Below the pieces are notes generated by a model. It was not told the DNA's origin and made no database searches. It saw only the letters and a program-made list of their open reading frames with translations. A DNA stretch of 58,627 bases, the filler included, from Thelocarpon superellum (Eukaryota), in NCBI GenBank assembly GCA_026025795.1. It is 2 parts of 2 records of this genome, joined end to end, with 100 filler letters (N's around TTAATTAATTAA, not from the genome) between each part and the next. Parts side by side here need not be neighbours in the genome. Positions count along the whole stretch, not along the records: positions 29,400 to 58,627 come from JAPEUG010000224.1; 1 more part is not named here. One strand, written 5' to 3'. The position numbers and the translations under genes were made by a program. Of this stretch, positions 46,809 to 57,263 are shown in pieces. Each line of letters opens with the position of its first letter. Position 1 is the first letter of the stretch.

Positions 46809-48270
46809 CTAGTATGCCTGACCAGGCATGCTATAGAATCCGTGTCCTGGGTCCATGTTGGCGCCAATGACTTGATAATGCTCTGCCTCGCCAGGTGGTC
46901 CGACGTACTGGGCCGTCGTACTTGACGCACCTGGATGGCTGGTCGCACCAACAATCCCCAGGCCGCTACTCGCCGGTCCGGGCAAGGTTGCGCTCGTGCC
47001 CGCGGGGGCCATCATATTGGGTCGGGCGTCAGGAAGGACGGCACGCGCGGGGGGAGCCGGACTTGTGGCCAGGTTCCTCATACTCGCGGGGTCGGCGAGC
47101 GGCTGGCCCGATGGGAGATTATCGTACTCGTGCTTGACGGGTACGGCCCAGGGGTCGGAGGCGTAGTCGGTCTTCAGATCTGTCGACTGAAGCTGCCGCC
47201 GCCGTCGACTGCGGCGAGCCAGAACGAGACAGGCGACGACGGTGGCGGTGAGGATGGCCACGAAGGCCAGCCCACCAAGGGCAACACCGACGATGGTCCC
47301 AGCTGATAGGTTCATGCTTTGCGATGCAGATGCAAACGACGTCGCCGACGACGCCGTCACCGTCGCCTTACTAGTGACGTTGCGCGAGGCAGAGGGTCCG
47401 ATGGCAGTGCCGGAGCCTTTCGCCGCTACACCGGACGAGGTAGAGGAGCCGCTCTTGAGGGACTGCGTCGAGGTGGTGACGACCTCGGGGCCAGCCGAGG
47501 TCACGGTGCCGCTGCCCGATGCCGATCCGGTCGAGACAAAAGCCACACTTTGCGTCAAGCCCGATGCCGTGGCACAGTTGAAGTTCGCTGTGCCGCTGGC
47601 GAAGGTGTATGCTGCACAGTAGGGCGTGTCCGTGTTGCCGCTATACCTCGCGCCGCGTCAGTCGAAGTCACACGGGGGAGGAGCAGCATAGATGACGGGG
47701 GTATGCCGCACCACTTCAAGATGCTCGCATTCAGCTGGCAATCGTTATCACAAGGGGCGGTGAAATCCAAACACTTGGTATAGAGTGCGGTGCAGGCCTC
47801 GATCAGACCGGGCTCACAGCATCCCACCGCCGTATCTAGTGCCAGTCAGCTTCCGTGTCCCCCTCCTTGTCGTGCATGCCTCGATGGAGGGCCCGTACTG
47901 GAGTAGACGCAATCTTTTCCTAGCCCGCACGACAGAGGGGAGACTGTGAGGGGGTATTAGGACGATGTTCCGCTTGCTACCCCATGGTCGTCGACTCAAC
48001 CCAGATGTACTCACGAGTATTCCCACCGATATAGCCACACCAATTCAGCGGGACGATGTCAGTACCAAGCTGCCGTCGCAACTCTTGCGGCGCCCCCGGA
48101 AAATCCGCGGGGAGTCGGGGGGCGTCGGTCGGCTTCAGGGAGAAAGCGGCCCCCATGGCCATGAAGCCCGTCGGGGTTGGCGACGGCTCCGGCCAGGCAA
48201 TGGCGGCAGTCCTGCCGGCTAAGGCCACGGCCACGGCGGCCCACCATATCGCACCTCCAGCATGACGCAT
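46809..48270 (-). CDS. Single-pass cell-surface protein (Cys-rich ectodomain, Ser/Thr stalk, TM, cytoplasmic tail; Mid2-like architecture); introns 48014-47944, 47898-47836, 47711-47641
   Basis: Signal peptide; spliced WCGYIGG-LSCGLGKDC-VGCC..C..C..C..C..KC..PYC..FNC; S/T-rich stretch; LSAGTIVGVALGGLAFVAIL.. followed by RRSRRRR. Confidence 0.82.
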
Positions 48271-49121
48271 GACGACGAGAGGGGGGGAAGAAGTCGGGGT
48301 CACGCGGCGTGGAGTGACGATGCCGTCAGACCAAGGTCATCTTCTTCAATTAATGCCCAGCGTACGGGGCAAACACATGGACGATGGACGTGAGTGGCCA
48401 CTGGGATGAGGACTGATCCTCCGCCCCTCTGAATAATAATGTCCGACGACGGCCCGGGTCGGATGACCTGGGTTGCATTGCCACGTCCCCATCCCACTAC
48501 ATGGCACAGGAATGGGGCTATTAGTAGTACATCCTCCGACTCCGATCGGCGCAGGCGGCGAAGAGCAGGCGTTGGGAGCAGCTGCGACGATGCAGATCTT
48601 TCCACCATGGGATTAAGTGTCGCGGCGCAAGAGGGCGTTGGGACACGGGCTCGAGGCAGGGGGAAGCTACAGGGCTGATGAAACAGGCGAGACAGATCAC
48701 GAGTTAGTCGTACACCAGAAGTTCGGCCTCGTCGAGGTGGATCGAAGAATCGAGGAATGGGTGATTAGGTAACCAGCCAACGCCCAGTCGCGTGTCCTGC
48801 AGCACTGGTAATTGCCAAGCGGCACTGAACCGACAGCTCCCCCAACCTCAGCACCAGGGTCTCGTTTGACGGTTTGGAAGGAGCAGCGAGGAGTGACAAT
48901 ATGGATGGTCAACGGTTAGGCTTGACAAATTTTCTACGTGATGCGATGGTCGGCATTCGGCTGTGCTCTGCTTTGCTTGGATAGGGATGCCGAGCCTCTT
49001 GGTTGTAGTTAATTGGAACAGCAATATTTCGTCTTGCAGCAGCGAGCTTAGGCTGACCGTTGGAGTAGAACTCCACCAGCGTCGTGAGGCCGGGAGCTCC
49101 GCGCCTCGCAGTGAGGTTAGG

Positions 49122-49158
49122 GATAGTCATGTGATAGTCACGTGATAGCGCACGTGAC
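49122..49158. promoter_or_regulatory. Three ~11-bp tandem units containing E-boxes (CATGTG, CACGTG, CACGTG)
   Basis: gatagtcatgt gatagtcacgt gatagcgcacgt gac. bHLH binding is an inference. Confidence 0.45.
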
Positions 49159-49569
49159 ATTGCCCGCTGTACATCGAGTCCCGCTGCGAGCTAGCAGAGT
49201 CCCAGCGTTCAACTCGAATAACATGAGGAGGCTAGGAATAGGTCTACGAGCCCTAAGGAGCCACAACGTCAATTTCTATTAACTATGTCTACTGTTTCCG
49301 CCTAGCTGTAGGCCTTGTCGTCACACCATTCCATCCTGATCTAGGCTAGATCGGGATCTTCTCTTCAAAATCCGTGCCGTGCCGTTCCAACGGTCAGCCT
49401 AGGCAAGCTTGAAATGTGAGATCCACAGGCCATGACAGGAGCCGCGGGCTCCTAATCCATCTCTGCAAGCGCATTACCCGTACCGACACCAACGTTACAT
49501 GTTAGTTAAGTACTACAGGTATGCCCATAGACGCACCGCTGGGTAGTATTATGTGTTTTTATCAAGGCC

Positions 49570-50919
49570 TTAGGGGATTGGGCCGATACGGTGTATGTAC
49601 ACTTTGCCACGACATTCCCTCTCAAACCCCTGCCGTGCCTTTGCACTTTGAAACACCCACTGCACAGCACGTTTCCACTCGCCACCAATGCACACCATCA
49701 GAAGTGCTCTCTCCTTTATCAACTCTGGGCCCTTGAGCTTTGTGAACTTGTTGTTGATGCCCGATGCAACGTGACCAACGAGAACATCTGAACTCTCCAG
49801 CTCCTGCAGCTCAGGTGGGAATTCTTTGATCTTTCGACTAGCCCAGATAAGCTTTTTCCAGTCATCGCCAAACCAGACTTCAGCGATCTTGAGAGTGGCG
49901 AGGAAGCTGTCCGGCACAAAGACTTGCAGAATGGCAGCCGGCTCAAAGTCCTTTCTGGACATGGCAAATCGAGCGTATCGTTCTGCTGTCTCCTTTTGTG
50001 GTGTCCAGTAGGTACGGCGAATTGGACCACAGAAATCTCCAGGACTCATGGAGATCGCATAGAGATCAATCTTTTGCGTCGCTATGTCGTAAAAACTTGT
50101 GGCGCCCGATAATGTGCCTGCTCTCCAAAGGGTGGTATGTCCGGGAAGGCTGAGTGGTGTCTCGACTGTTGTCGCAACAGCAGGGGCGGACGGGGTGGCC
50201 GAGGATGTGGGCATGGACACACCAGAATCGTCTCCGGCTTGAGGTGGCGTGGCAGGGGTTGCCAAGGACGACGATTGCGAGAATGATGCGGCTGGCTTGC
50301 GACGCTTCGCTCTCTCGCGGATGCTGTGCATCGTCGCGGTTCCGTCACGGATGCGCTCTGGCATGTCCAGAAGGAAACTGTATTTGTCGCCCATGGTATC
50401 AAGAAGCCAGAACTTGCAGGACTGGGTGAACCGGATCTCCTCATATTCTGGGTTTAGGATTGCATCCTGAAGGGTCTGGTTGATTCCCAGCCCATCCATG
50501 CACGCACGCCAGTCATCGGACTCGGTGTAGGCATCCTCGACCTTGGACCAGGTCAATTGGAATTCTGCCACATAGTAGAAATCTTTGAGTTGATCATCGT
50601 CCGGGACTTCGGTGAACCACTGATAAAGCTCGGCAGCTTTGGCTGCGGTAAAACCAAGCCATTCGTAGGTGGTGGCACTCTCAATGTGCGTCGGGATCTC
50701 GATCGACTCGACTTCTTTGCCGGCGAACGTCACCCTGGAAATGGCAGAAGTGGTGGATGCACCTGAGGATGAGGACGAAGACCGCGATGTGTCCGAGGTG
50801 GGAGGTGTCGTGAGAACGGTGGAAATTTTGCGTTTGTTGTTTGTCGCTTCGGACAGCAGGCCCTCGCGTTCGAGGAAGCGGGAATCTTCCGGGGCAATGA
50901 TAGGCTCTGGGCTATCCAT
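49570..50919 (-). CDS. Hypothetical 449-aa protein with a C-terminal DUF3990-like (putative ADP-ribosyltransferase fold) domain
   Basis: Uninterrupted ORF. A 54-nt 5'UTR intron (50975-50922, GTAAGC..ACTAAT..TAG) ends 2 nt before the ATG. Motif series TLWRAG, DFCG..TYWTPQKETAERYA, WKKLIWASR, DVLVGHVA, QWVFQS. Confidence 0.7.
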   Translation of the reverse strand: MDSPEPIIAPEDSRFLEREGLLSEATNNKRKISTVLTTPPTSDTSRSSSSSSGASTTSAISRVTFAGKEVESIEIPTHIESATTYEWLGFTAAKAAELYQWFTEVPDDDQLKDFYYVAEFQLTWSKVEDAYTESDDWRACMDGLGINQTLQDAILNPEYEEIRFTQSCKFWLLDTMGDKYSFLLDMPERIRDGTATMHSIRERAKRRKPAASFSQSSSLATPATPPQAGDDSGVSMPTSSATPSAPAVATTVETPLSLPGHTTLWRAGTLSGATSFYDIATQKIDLYAISMSPGDFCGPIRRTYWTPQKETAERYARFAMSRKDFEPAAILQVFVPDSFLATLKIAEVWFGDDWKKLIWASRKIKEFPPELQELESSDVLVGHVASGINNKFTKLKGPELIKERALLMVCIGGEWKRAVQWVFQSAKARQGFERECRGKVYIHRIGPIP

Positions 50920-52238
50920 GGCTAAACCTCGCATTAGTCTCACTTGATAAAGTTTCGCCAAGTACTGGAGCTTACTGTGAGGAGATGTCAGGTGAGATCG
51001 CCCTCAATACTTGTACGTGCTGGCGTCTTCTCGTGCTGACAAGGCTGAAGGTCTTTCGAAGGGAAAATGGTGTTGATAGTCTTGGTGGTGGCAGCGGCAG
51101 CGTCGAGTGAGAGATGACGAAGAAAGGTTGTGGGCCGCTCAGCGCTGGGCCTTTCAGGTCGCTTGGTAGGTGAGACGGTCGTTTTCAACAGGGTGTAGAC
51201 CCTAAGACTCAGGGCTGAGTCATCACGCCAACGCTCTAGAACTACCGAGGTATCTAGCACGCGAGTGACAAAAAAAAGCGAGAATGCCACACCAGTTCTC
51301 GCTGTAGTTTTGACCACTGTGGCCCTTGTTACGACGGCTACGCAGCAACCAGCAACGCAGTGATTGCAATCATAATTAGCTAGATAGAAATTTCTAATGC
51401 CCCAGCCATTCTGCCGTTCACAGTAAGTACATATCTTTGCTCTGTGGAGGTTCGGGTCGTGGTTTTCAGAACTGCACCCAAACTGGTTTAGCATTCTTGC
51501 TTTTTGTGTCCCTCGCGTGCTAGGTAGAGCGACAACGTCTGGGCGAGGTGAGGGTGAGGGGCGGACGTTTCTACCTTCTATTAACCTAGATACACGCTGT
51601 GAGGGCCACTCCTGCTACCTGCTGTACCCCGTACGTGTACCGTGGAGTGTACTGGTGTAGTAACTTACACTAATACAGTGTACGAGTACTTTCGTACCTC
51701 CCCAAAAAGCCCGCGCATTATTGTCGTTGAGGGCGTTGCTGACGGCGCTCCATGAGATGGTAACTTAGGCTATAACTTCTAGCGACAAGTGTAAGCCCGG
51801 GTCGTACTTTCAATCCCGCTCAACATATAAGACGCCACCACTCGTCTGACAGGTCGATGTCTCACCTCCGGAATTGTGGAGTTGAAACACCATGCGTGCA
51901 GTTCATGCAAAACAATGCGACCCGCGATTGGTGGCACGTCGTCTGCTGAGCCTCCGAGCCTCAATGTCCAGAGACACAGGCCTTGTGGCAGACCTCGCCA
52001 CCGGTCCTATAAGTCCGTTCGCATACCCTCCCGCTCATAGCGATCCTTCGGGCATTCGCACACTACAATTGTAGTACAGAACTCCACTCTCTCCCCTCTA
52101 GACGATTTATACCTCAACTGTTCCTTTCACATCCCGCAGTGCATCGTCCCTAACTGGTAGGCTCCAGATGACCATCTCCAGCCAGCTGAAAGCAACTAGC
52201 CATCTGCAATCCGCAGTGCACAATCGCAATATACAAAG

Positions 52239-52991
52239 ATGCAAGCACTCATTCTCGCTCTCGCCCTGCTCTCGGCCCTCACGTCCGCAGTCCAGGCCCA
52301 AGGCAGCAGCACCAACACCCTCTACACCATCACCGTCGCGGCCCCGGGCAACGCGACCCTGGACGGCAAGTCGCTGCGCGCGGATATGAACGTTGATGGT
52401 AAAGCCGGCTCTGTGTGGCTGGACGGCGCCCCGGGGAGCAATTTCACCATCACGGCCCCAATCCCTGGAACCAATTCGTCGGCTCCTGATCCGGTGACTT
52501 GGGGTGTGCAGGTATGGCGGACCACGTTCTGACCTGCATTTTCTAGCCATGTCTCCCAATCATCTTCACCATCCCATCGTTATTGTGTCTCCGGGCTTGC
52601 TCCGTCCACGCTGACCCATGCACAGTTTAGCGACACGTCGCAGTTCCTCCACGGCATGCGCGGGGTCGTGTACGTATACACGACACCGCAGAACGACGGC
52701 AGCCTATCGTATCTCTCCGTGACCTTTGCCAGGAACGGCTCGACGCTGTATCCCTACCTGGCCGGGACGGATCCGACGGGCCCGCTACCGGCGCAGGACG
52801 GCGAATTCGTAGCCTGTCCCGACAAGAGCGGCCAGTACTTCCGCCTCGCCGTCCAGGGGCCCCCTGGATCCAGCTTCGCCATTTATCAGCCCGGCGAATG
52901 CGCTCCCCTTCAGCTGCAGCTGCATCCTCTCCAGTCCGGTGTCGTTGCGCCGGAGCAGAAGACGGTCCAGCGCTTGCGGCGCTCACGGTAG
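52239..52991 (+). CDS. Small secreted protein of 212 aa (PhiA / cell-wall-protein-like pattern); intron 52512-52625
   Basis: Signal peptide MQALILALALLSALTSAVQA; N-glycosylation sequons NAT, NFT, NSS and NGS; C-terminal FVACP...ECAPLQL Cys pair; GTATGG..GCTGAC..CAG intron joins in frame. Confidence 0.78.
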
Positions 52992-53135
52992 TCGCGGGCG
53001 TGACGCGACGTCGAGGTGCTGTTTAGGTAGAGAGAACTGCAATAAAGGTGCTTTGCATTTCCACGAGCGCGCCGGACCTCATGATCGTGACGAATGCAAC
53101 TACGACTAAAGATAGAGTTACAGCTACAGCTACAG

Positions 53136-54651
53136 CTATAACTTCGGCATCGCGCGAGCGGCGTCGGCCTGGTTCAAACCAGCGACGACGTCGATGCGCC
53201 GCTGCCGCGCCTCTCGCATGAGCGCGAGGATCTCGTCGAGCGTCAACTCTGTAGCGCTGACGACGTCCAGCGGACTCTCCGCAAACGACTTGGTGGCGAT
53301 GACGGTGCCCATGGTGCATTGCACCGACGCTGGATCCTCGACGGCCGCGCGGCAAAAGCCCGCCCACGACTTGAAACACCGCTTACTACTACCCAGCCAG
53401 GTCATGATCATCGCAAAGCAATGCGGCATCGCTTTGTAGTGCTCCAGCGTGACGGGGACGCCTTGGGCCGCGGCGCGCGAGGCGAGGAAAAAGGTCTCGT
53501 CGCTGAGCATTTCCTCGCCTGTGACGAGGAATAGGGGGGGCGCGTGCGCCCAGGATTGTGCGGTGAGCGGAGACACAAGCGGGTGGAGCAAGCAGCTGTC
53601 GTTGGCGTAGAGGTTGCACCGCGGCGGGTCGACGGGCCAGATGGAACACGCGGGTGGGAGAACGCGCGGCAGCGGCAGCGGCAGGTAGTCGTAGCGCGCG
53701 TTGGCCGTGACAGAGGGCAGGGCGTGCGTGGTGTCGAGCCAGGCGCTATTGGTGGCGACGCCTGCCGGCACGGGAAGCGTGACCGTCTCCCCGTACCAGA
53801 GCATCGTGCCGGGCTTGTCCGGGCCGTGGAGTGCCAGGATAAGCTGAAGCAGGCCGAAGGCGAGCCCGCCCCCGGCGCTATCCCCCGCAAAAACGATATT
53901 CGAGGCCGGCACCGTGTCGTGTAGGGCGCCTGGCGGGGGATAGATCAGGCTGAGATAGGCCACCAAGGCGTCGAGAAGCGCCGCTGGGAAGGGATTCTGC
54001 GGCGCCAGCCGGTATCGAATCGATAGGCATCGTCCGCCGCTCAGTCGGGCCAGTTTGACCGTTGCGGCTCGATGCGTGGCGGGGTCCATCAAGCTGTGTC
54101 CGAGTCAGCGCCATCTCATAGATGAAGCGTGGAGCTTCGCACTAGTATGCGCCGCCATGCATGTACAGAATGGTCACGTCGCTCTTGACCTCCGCCATCA
54201 TCATTTTATACTTCTCCTCCTCCGAGATGCGTGGCTGTGTTGCGATGCGCGACACGCCGCTTCGAAATCCGTTCCACTCGGCCTCGACCGCGCCGTCGAC
54301 CATCTCCGGCCGGCCGGTGGTCTGGTTGGTCCCATCACGCAGTAGGTCAAAGGCTGCGTAGAACGTCTCCACAAGGTTGCTCTTCTCAGGCTTGGGAAGC
54401 GTCACTTTGGAGACCCAAATGCGGCCTTGAATACCCGGGTCTCGGATGCTGATGGCCTGGGTCTTGGTCAGGGGCTGGGGGTGTCGTGTGTTGAGCAGGG
54501 AACGAAGGAAGCGCGTCACCAGCTCGGTGAGGAGATCCCAGTCCTTGCTGGTGGGCGAGACGGACAACGTGTGGGCCCAGAAGGTGTAGACGAGGAGAGG
54601 GACATGGGTGACGAAGATGCGAAGCATGGGCAGAGGGTTGGCCGGACCCAT
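53136..54651 (-). CDS. Alpha/beta hydrolase, hormone-sensitive-lipase family esterase; intron 54142-54094
   Basis: ILYMHGGAY, YRLAPQNPFPAALLD, nucleophile GDSAGG, HPLVSP, GEE, MPHCF. Confidence 0.92.
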
Positions 54652-55453
54652 GGTGGTGGATCTGTCCTGCCTCTGCAATGTAGCACGACCAGCGTCAAAC
54701 GTCACAGACCATCAGAGGGACAGAGAGAGAGGGAGGAGACGGGCGCAATGGAGATGATATGGATATCTATAAACATGGCCACACACGGGCCATGCACACG
54801 ACCCACAACGTCTAGCTGTGGGGTGCAGGAGACTGGCTGTGAGACCCAGACGGGCTGGCCCCGCTACGGAGGATATACCACTCTAGTGGTAGTCGATCGT
54901 CAGGAGTTATCATGCGACAGCAATGTAGCGGTCATATGACGCCCCATAACGCCCCTAGTGGTGGCTCTACTGACATTGCTTACTAACGCTGCATACGGTG
55001 CGCCTACCGCGGCTGCACTCTCCTTCGTTAGTGAGGTCTCCAGCGGATGTACAGCTGCTCATCGAGTTGACGAGACTGTAGGATCCACGCGAGTCAGAGA
55101 CCCAAGGTGCCCAAGAACTTGTCATGTTTCTCAACTTGACGAGTTTCTGGGTTGACGGAGCCTTGCAGCCTGCCGAGGGCGGAGCATCTCGAAGCTGGTG
55201 CGCAGAGATGGCGAATTAGAAACTCGTTCTTCTTCCTCATGGTACGAGTAGCGCCTTTTCCCTCGGGCGAAATAATTGAAGTCGTCTGGGTCTACCTTCT
55301 GCTGCCACAGCTGCCTGCCGGGTAACCGTGGTTTTCGCAGTGTGCGATGTCAGCGTCCGAACATTAAAATCCGGCTGCTGTGCTATCTAACACGTACGGT
55401 TCCCTCTGGACCGTCTGGAGACTTCTCAATGCCAAGCATTCCTCGGTGCACCT

Positions 55454-56782
55454 TCAGCGTTCACACTGGATAGTCTTAGTACTGGACAGCCTGCTAGGCT
55501 GACCCCACCGAAATCGAATCTCCGCCCCGCTGAAAGCCAAGAGGATCTTCTGGACGAGATCGCGAAAGGCAAGACAGTTGTTGCATGGCGGCTTGCTGAT
55601 GAAGACGATGACCCTCCGTGCAGGTTGTTGAGGTTGGATGTCGGACAGGCCAGCCAACGATCCGTCCGTGTTGCTCCCCAGACAAGAAAAGGTGTGATGG
55701 TCAAGGTACCACGCAATCAGCTGCTTCTCCACATGATTCGCCCCATGTCTTCCGTCCTGACCGTTGTCTTTGAAGGTCCGTGGCAGATCATGGCTGATCC
55801 ACTCGCTGATCTTCAGTACTCGGTCGGTCCAGTACGCCCCGTTGATGACCGAGACATCTTGAGTGTCGCTCCATCCACTGATGGCGCTGACGAGCGGAAA
55901 GGCAGCACCGCGAAGGAGAACCGCCACCGCTCGTCTCGTGTCTTCCGGGGGATAATCCATGCTATTGAAGAAGAAACGACAGGCTTGGTAGTTATCTGGA
56001 CCAAAGGGGCCAAAAATGGTGCGCGCCTTGTTGCACTGGCCCGTTAACTGCAGCGTGCCTGGTACCATCACCATGTGGCCAGTCGGCGCTCTTCGCTGGA
56101 CTGGTTTCCTTCTCGCTCCGGACTGAGATGCGGAAGTATGGGTCATTGCTACAGCCTTGGGCAACTCGTCGGCATCGATCACCACAGGAAACGTTGAGCT
56201 GATCAGGGGTGTCGCGGTGTAATCACTGATGTGGTTAAGGGCATCTTCACGAGACAACAGCACGTGGACCTGTTCCGGCTTCGGCGTTTTAAGAATCACC
56301 AGCGTCGACATCAACGACGCGTCTTTGTTGCGAATAAATCTGTCGAGGTTTCCGGGCCGCTGCAGGATCTTGGAAAGTGTGGAGGTTTGCACGACAAAGG
56401 CATGGGGCTGGAAGACAAGGATCTCGTCGCGCCTGTCGTCGAGATTGGGATCTACTGATTCTCCCAGCTCCACCGCATTATCCCCAGCCTCCAGGATCAG
56501 ACCGGTGACGTCAACCAGAGGCTGTGCTGACGGCTGAATGCCCACGGTCCGAAACAGCCCACGGCTCCGGTCGACTTCATACGATAATTCGAGCGTCGTG
56601 TTGTGGACGGGAAAGCGAATGGAGTACGAGTCCCCGATGCATTTCGATGATCGAGTGTTAAGTTCTCCATACTTGAGGCCGAGAAACTCGTGGGTGTGTA
56701 GCTGCTGGCAGAAGGGGCAGAAGACATCGACGTTCCTTTGGTCCCACGACACCACGACTGCGAAAGGAATGTGGGGATTCAT
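55454..56782 (-). CDS. 442-aa protein with an N-terminal CPFC/His Zn-binding module and a C-terminal SsdA/DYW-type zinc deaminase domain
   Basis: Single long ORF; CPFCQQLHTH (CPFC at 56708-56719), ISGWS (SGW at 55871-55879), HVEKQL (55718-55735), PPCNNC (55574-55591). Confidence 0.78.
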   Translation of the reverse strand: MNPHIPFAVVVSWDQRNVDVFCPFCQQLHTHEFLGLKYGELNTRSSKCIGDSYSIRFPVHNTTLELSYEVDRSRGLFRTVGIQPSAQPLVDVTGLILEAGDNAVELGESVDPNLDDRRDEILVFQPHAFVVQTSTLSKILQRPGNLDRFIRNKDASLMSTLVILKTPKPEQVHVLLSREDALNHISDYTATPLISSTFPVVIDADELPKAVAMTHTSASQSGARRKPVQRRAPTGHMVMVPGTLQLTGQCNKARTIFGPFGPDNYQACRFFFNSMDYPPEDTRRAVAVLLRGAAFPLVSAISGWSDTQDVSVINGAYWTDRVLKISEWISHDLPRTFKDNGQDGRHGANHVEKQLIAWYLDHHTFSCLGSNTDGSLAGLSDIQPQQPARRVIVFISKPPCNNCLAFRDLVQKILLAFSGAEIRFRWGQPSRLSSTKTIQCER

Positions 56783-57263
56783 TCTGCCAGCCGCTTCAGG
56801 CTATGAAGATTACAGGGAACAGAGGAGGAAAAACAGAAAGCAGAGAACTGGAGAGGCAAGAGGTAGAACGAGCCTTGACCGAAATCAGGTCAGAGCAATT
56901 CGAAATTCGTCGTTGGGGAATTTTAGGTCAAGTTCACGACTTGCCTCCCATCCTTTCGACCGCCAGGCGCATCCACCCGCGGCCTTCCTTCGAGCGGATT
57001 CATCGTCTGTTCGTATCACCGTCGGTGGGGGAACGGCTGGTTTCATTCGATTCCTATCAATCATTCTCCGTTACTCTACTCACCGCCCATGGCTCTTTCA
57101 CGAGTCCCAACTTATCGGGTGTGATAATGCTTACCTAAGCAAGTGCCTTTCTCCTCTCAGCTTCCCCGTGGGCGGCGCAGCGAGCATGGGGATGTACCTG
57201 CACAGTCGAGCCATTCTGCTACTTCCGGGCCAGGCGTGGGTCTGACATCTGCGACGCCGACGA

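Noticed and set aside
50922..51020. Possible [D1,2] stwintron (branch plus CAG overlapping GTAAGC) upstream of the ART-like gene
   Set aside because: No G-preceded internal donor lies at a suitable distance. A plain 54-nt 5'UTR intron explains the signals.
50988..51494. 168-aa Cys-rich ORF (CTYC, CNHC) upstream of the ART-like gene
   Set aside because: No family pattern, lies in TpA-rich DNA, and does not splice in frame to the downstream CDS.
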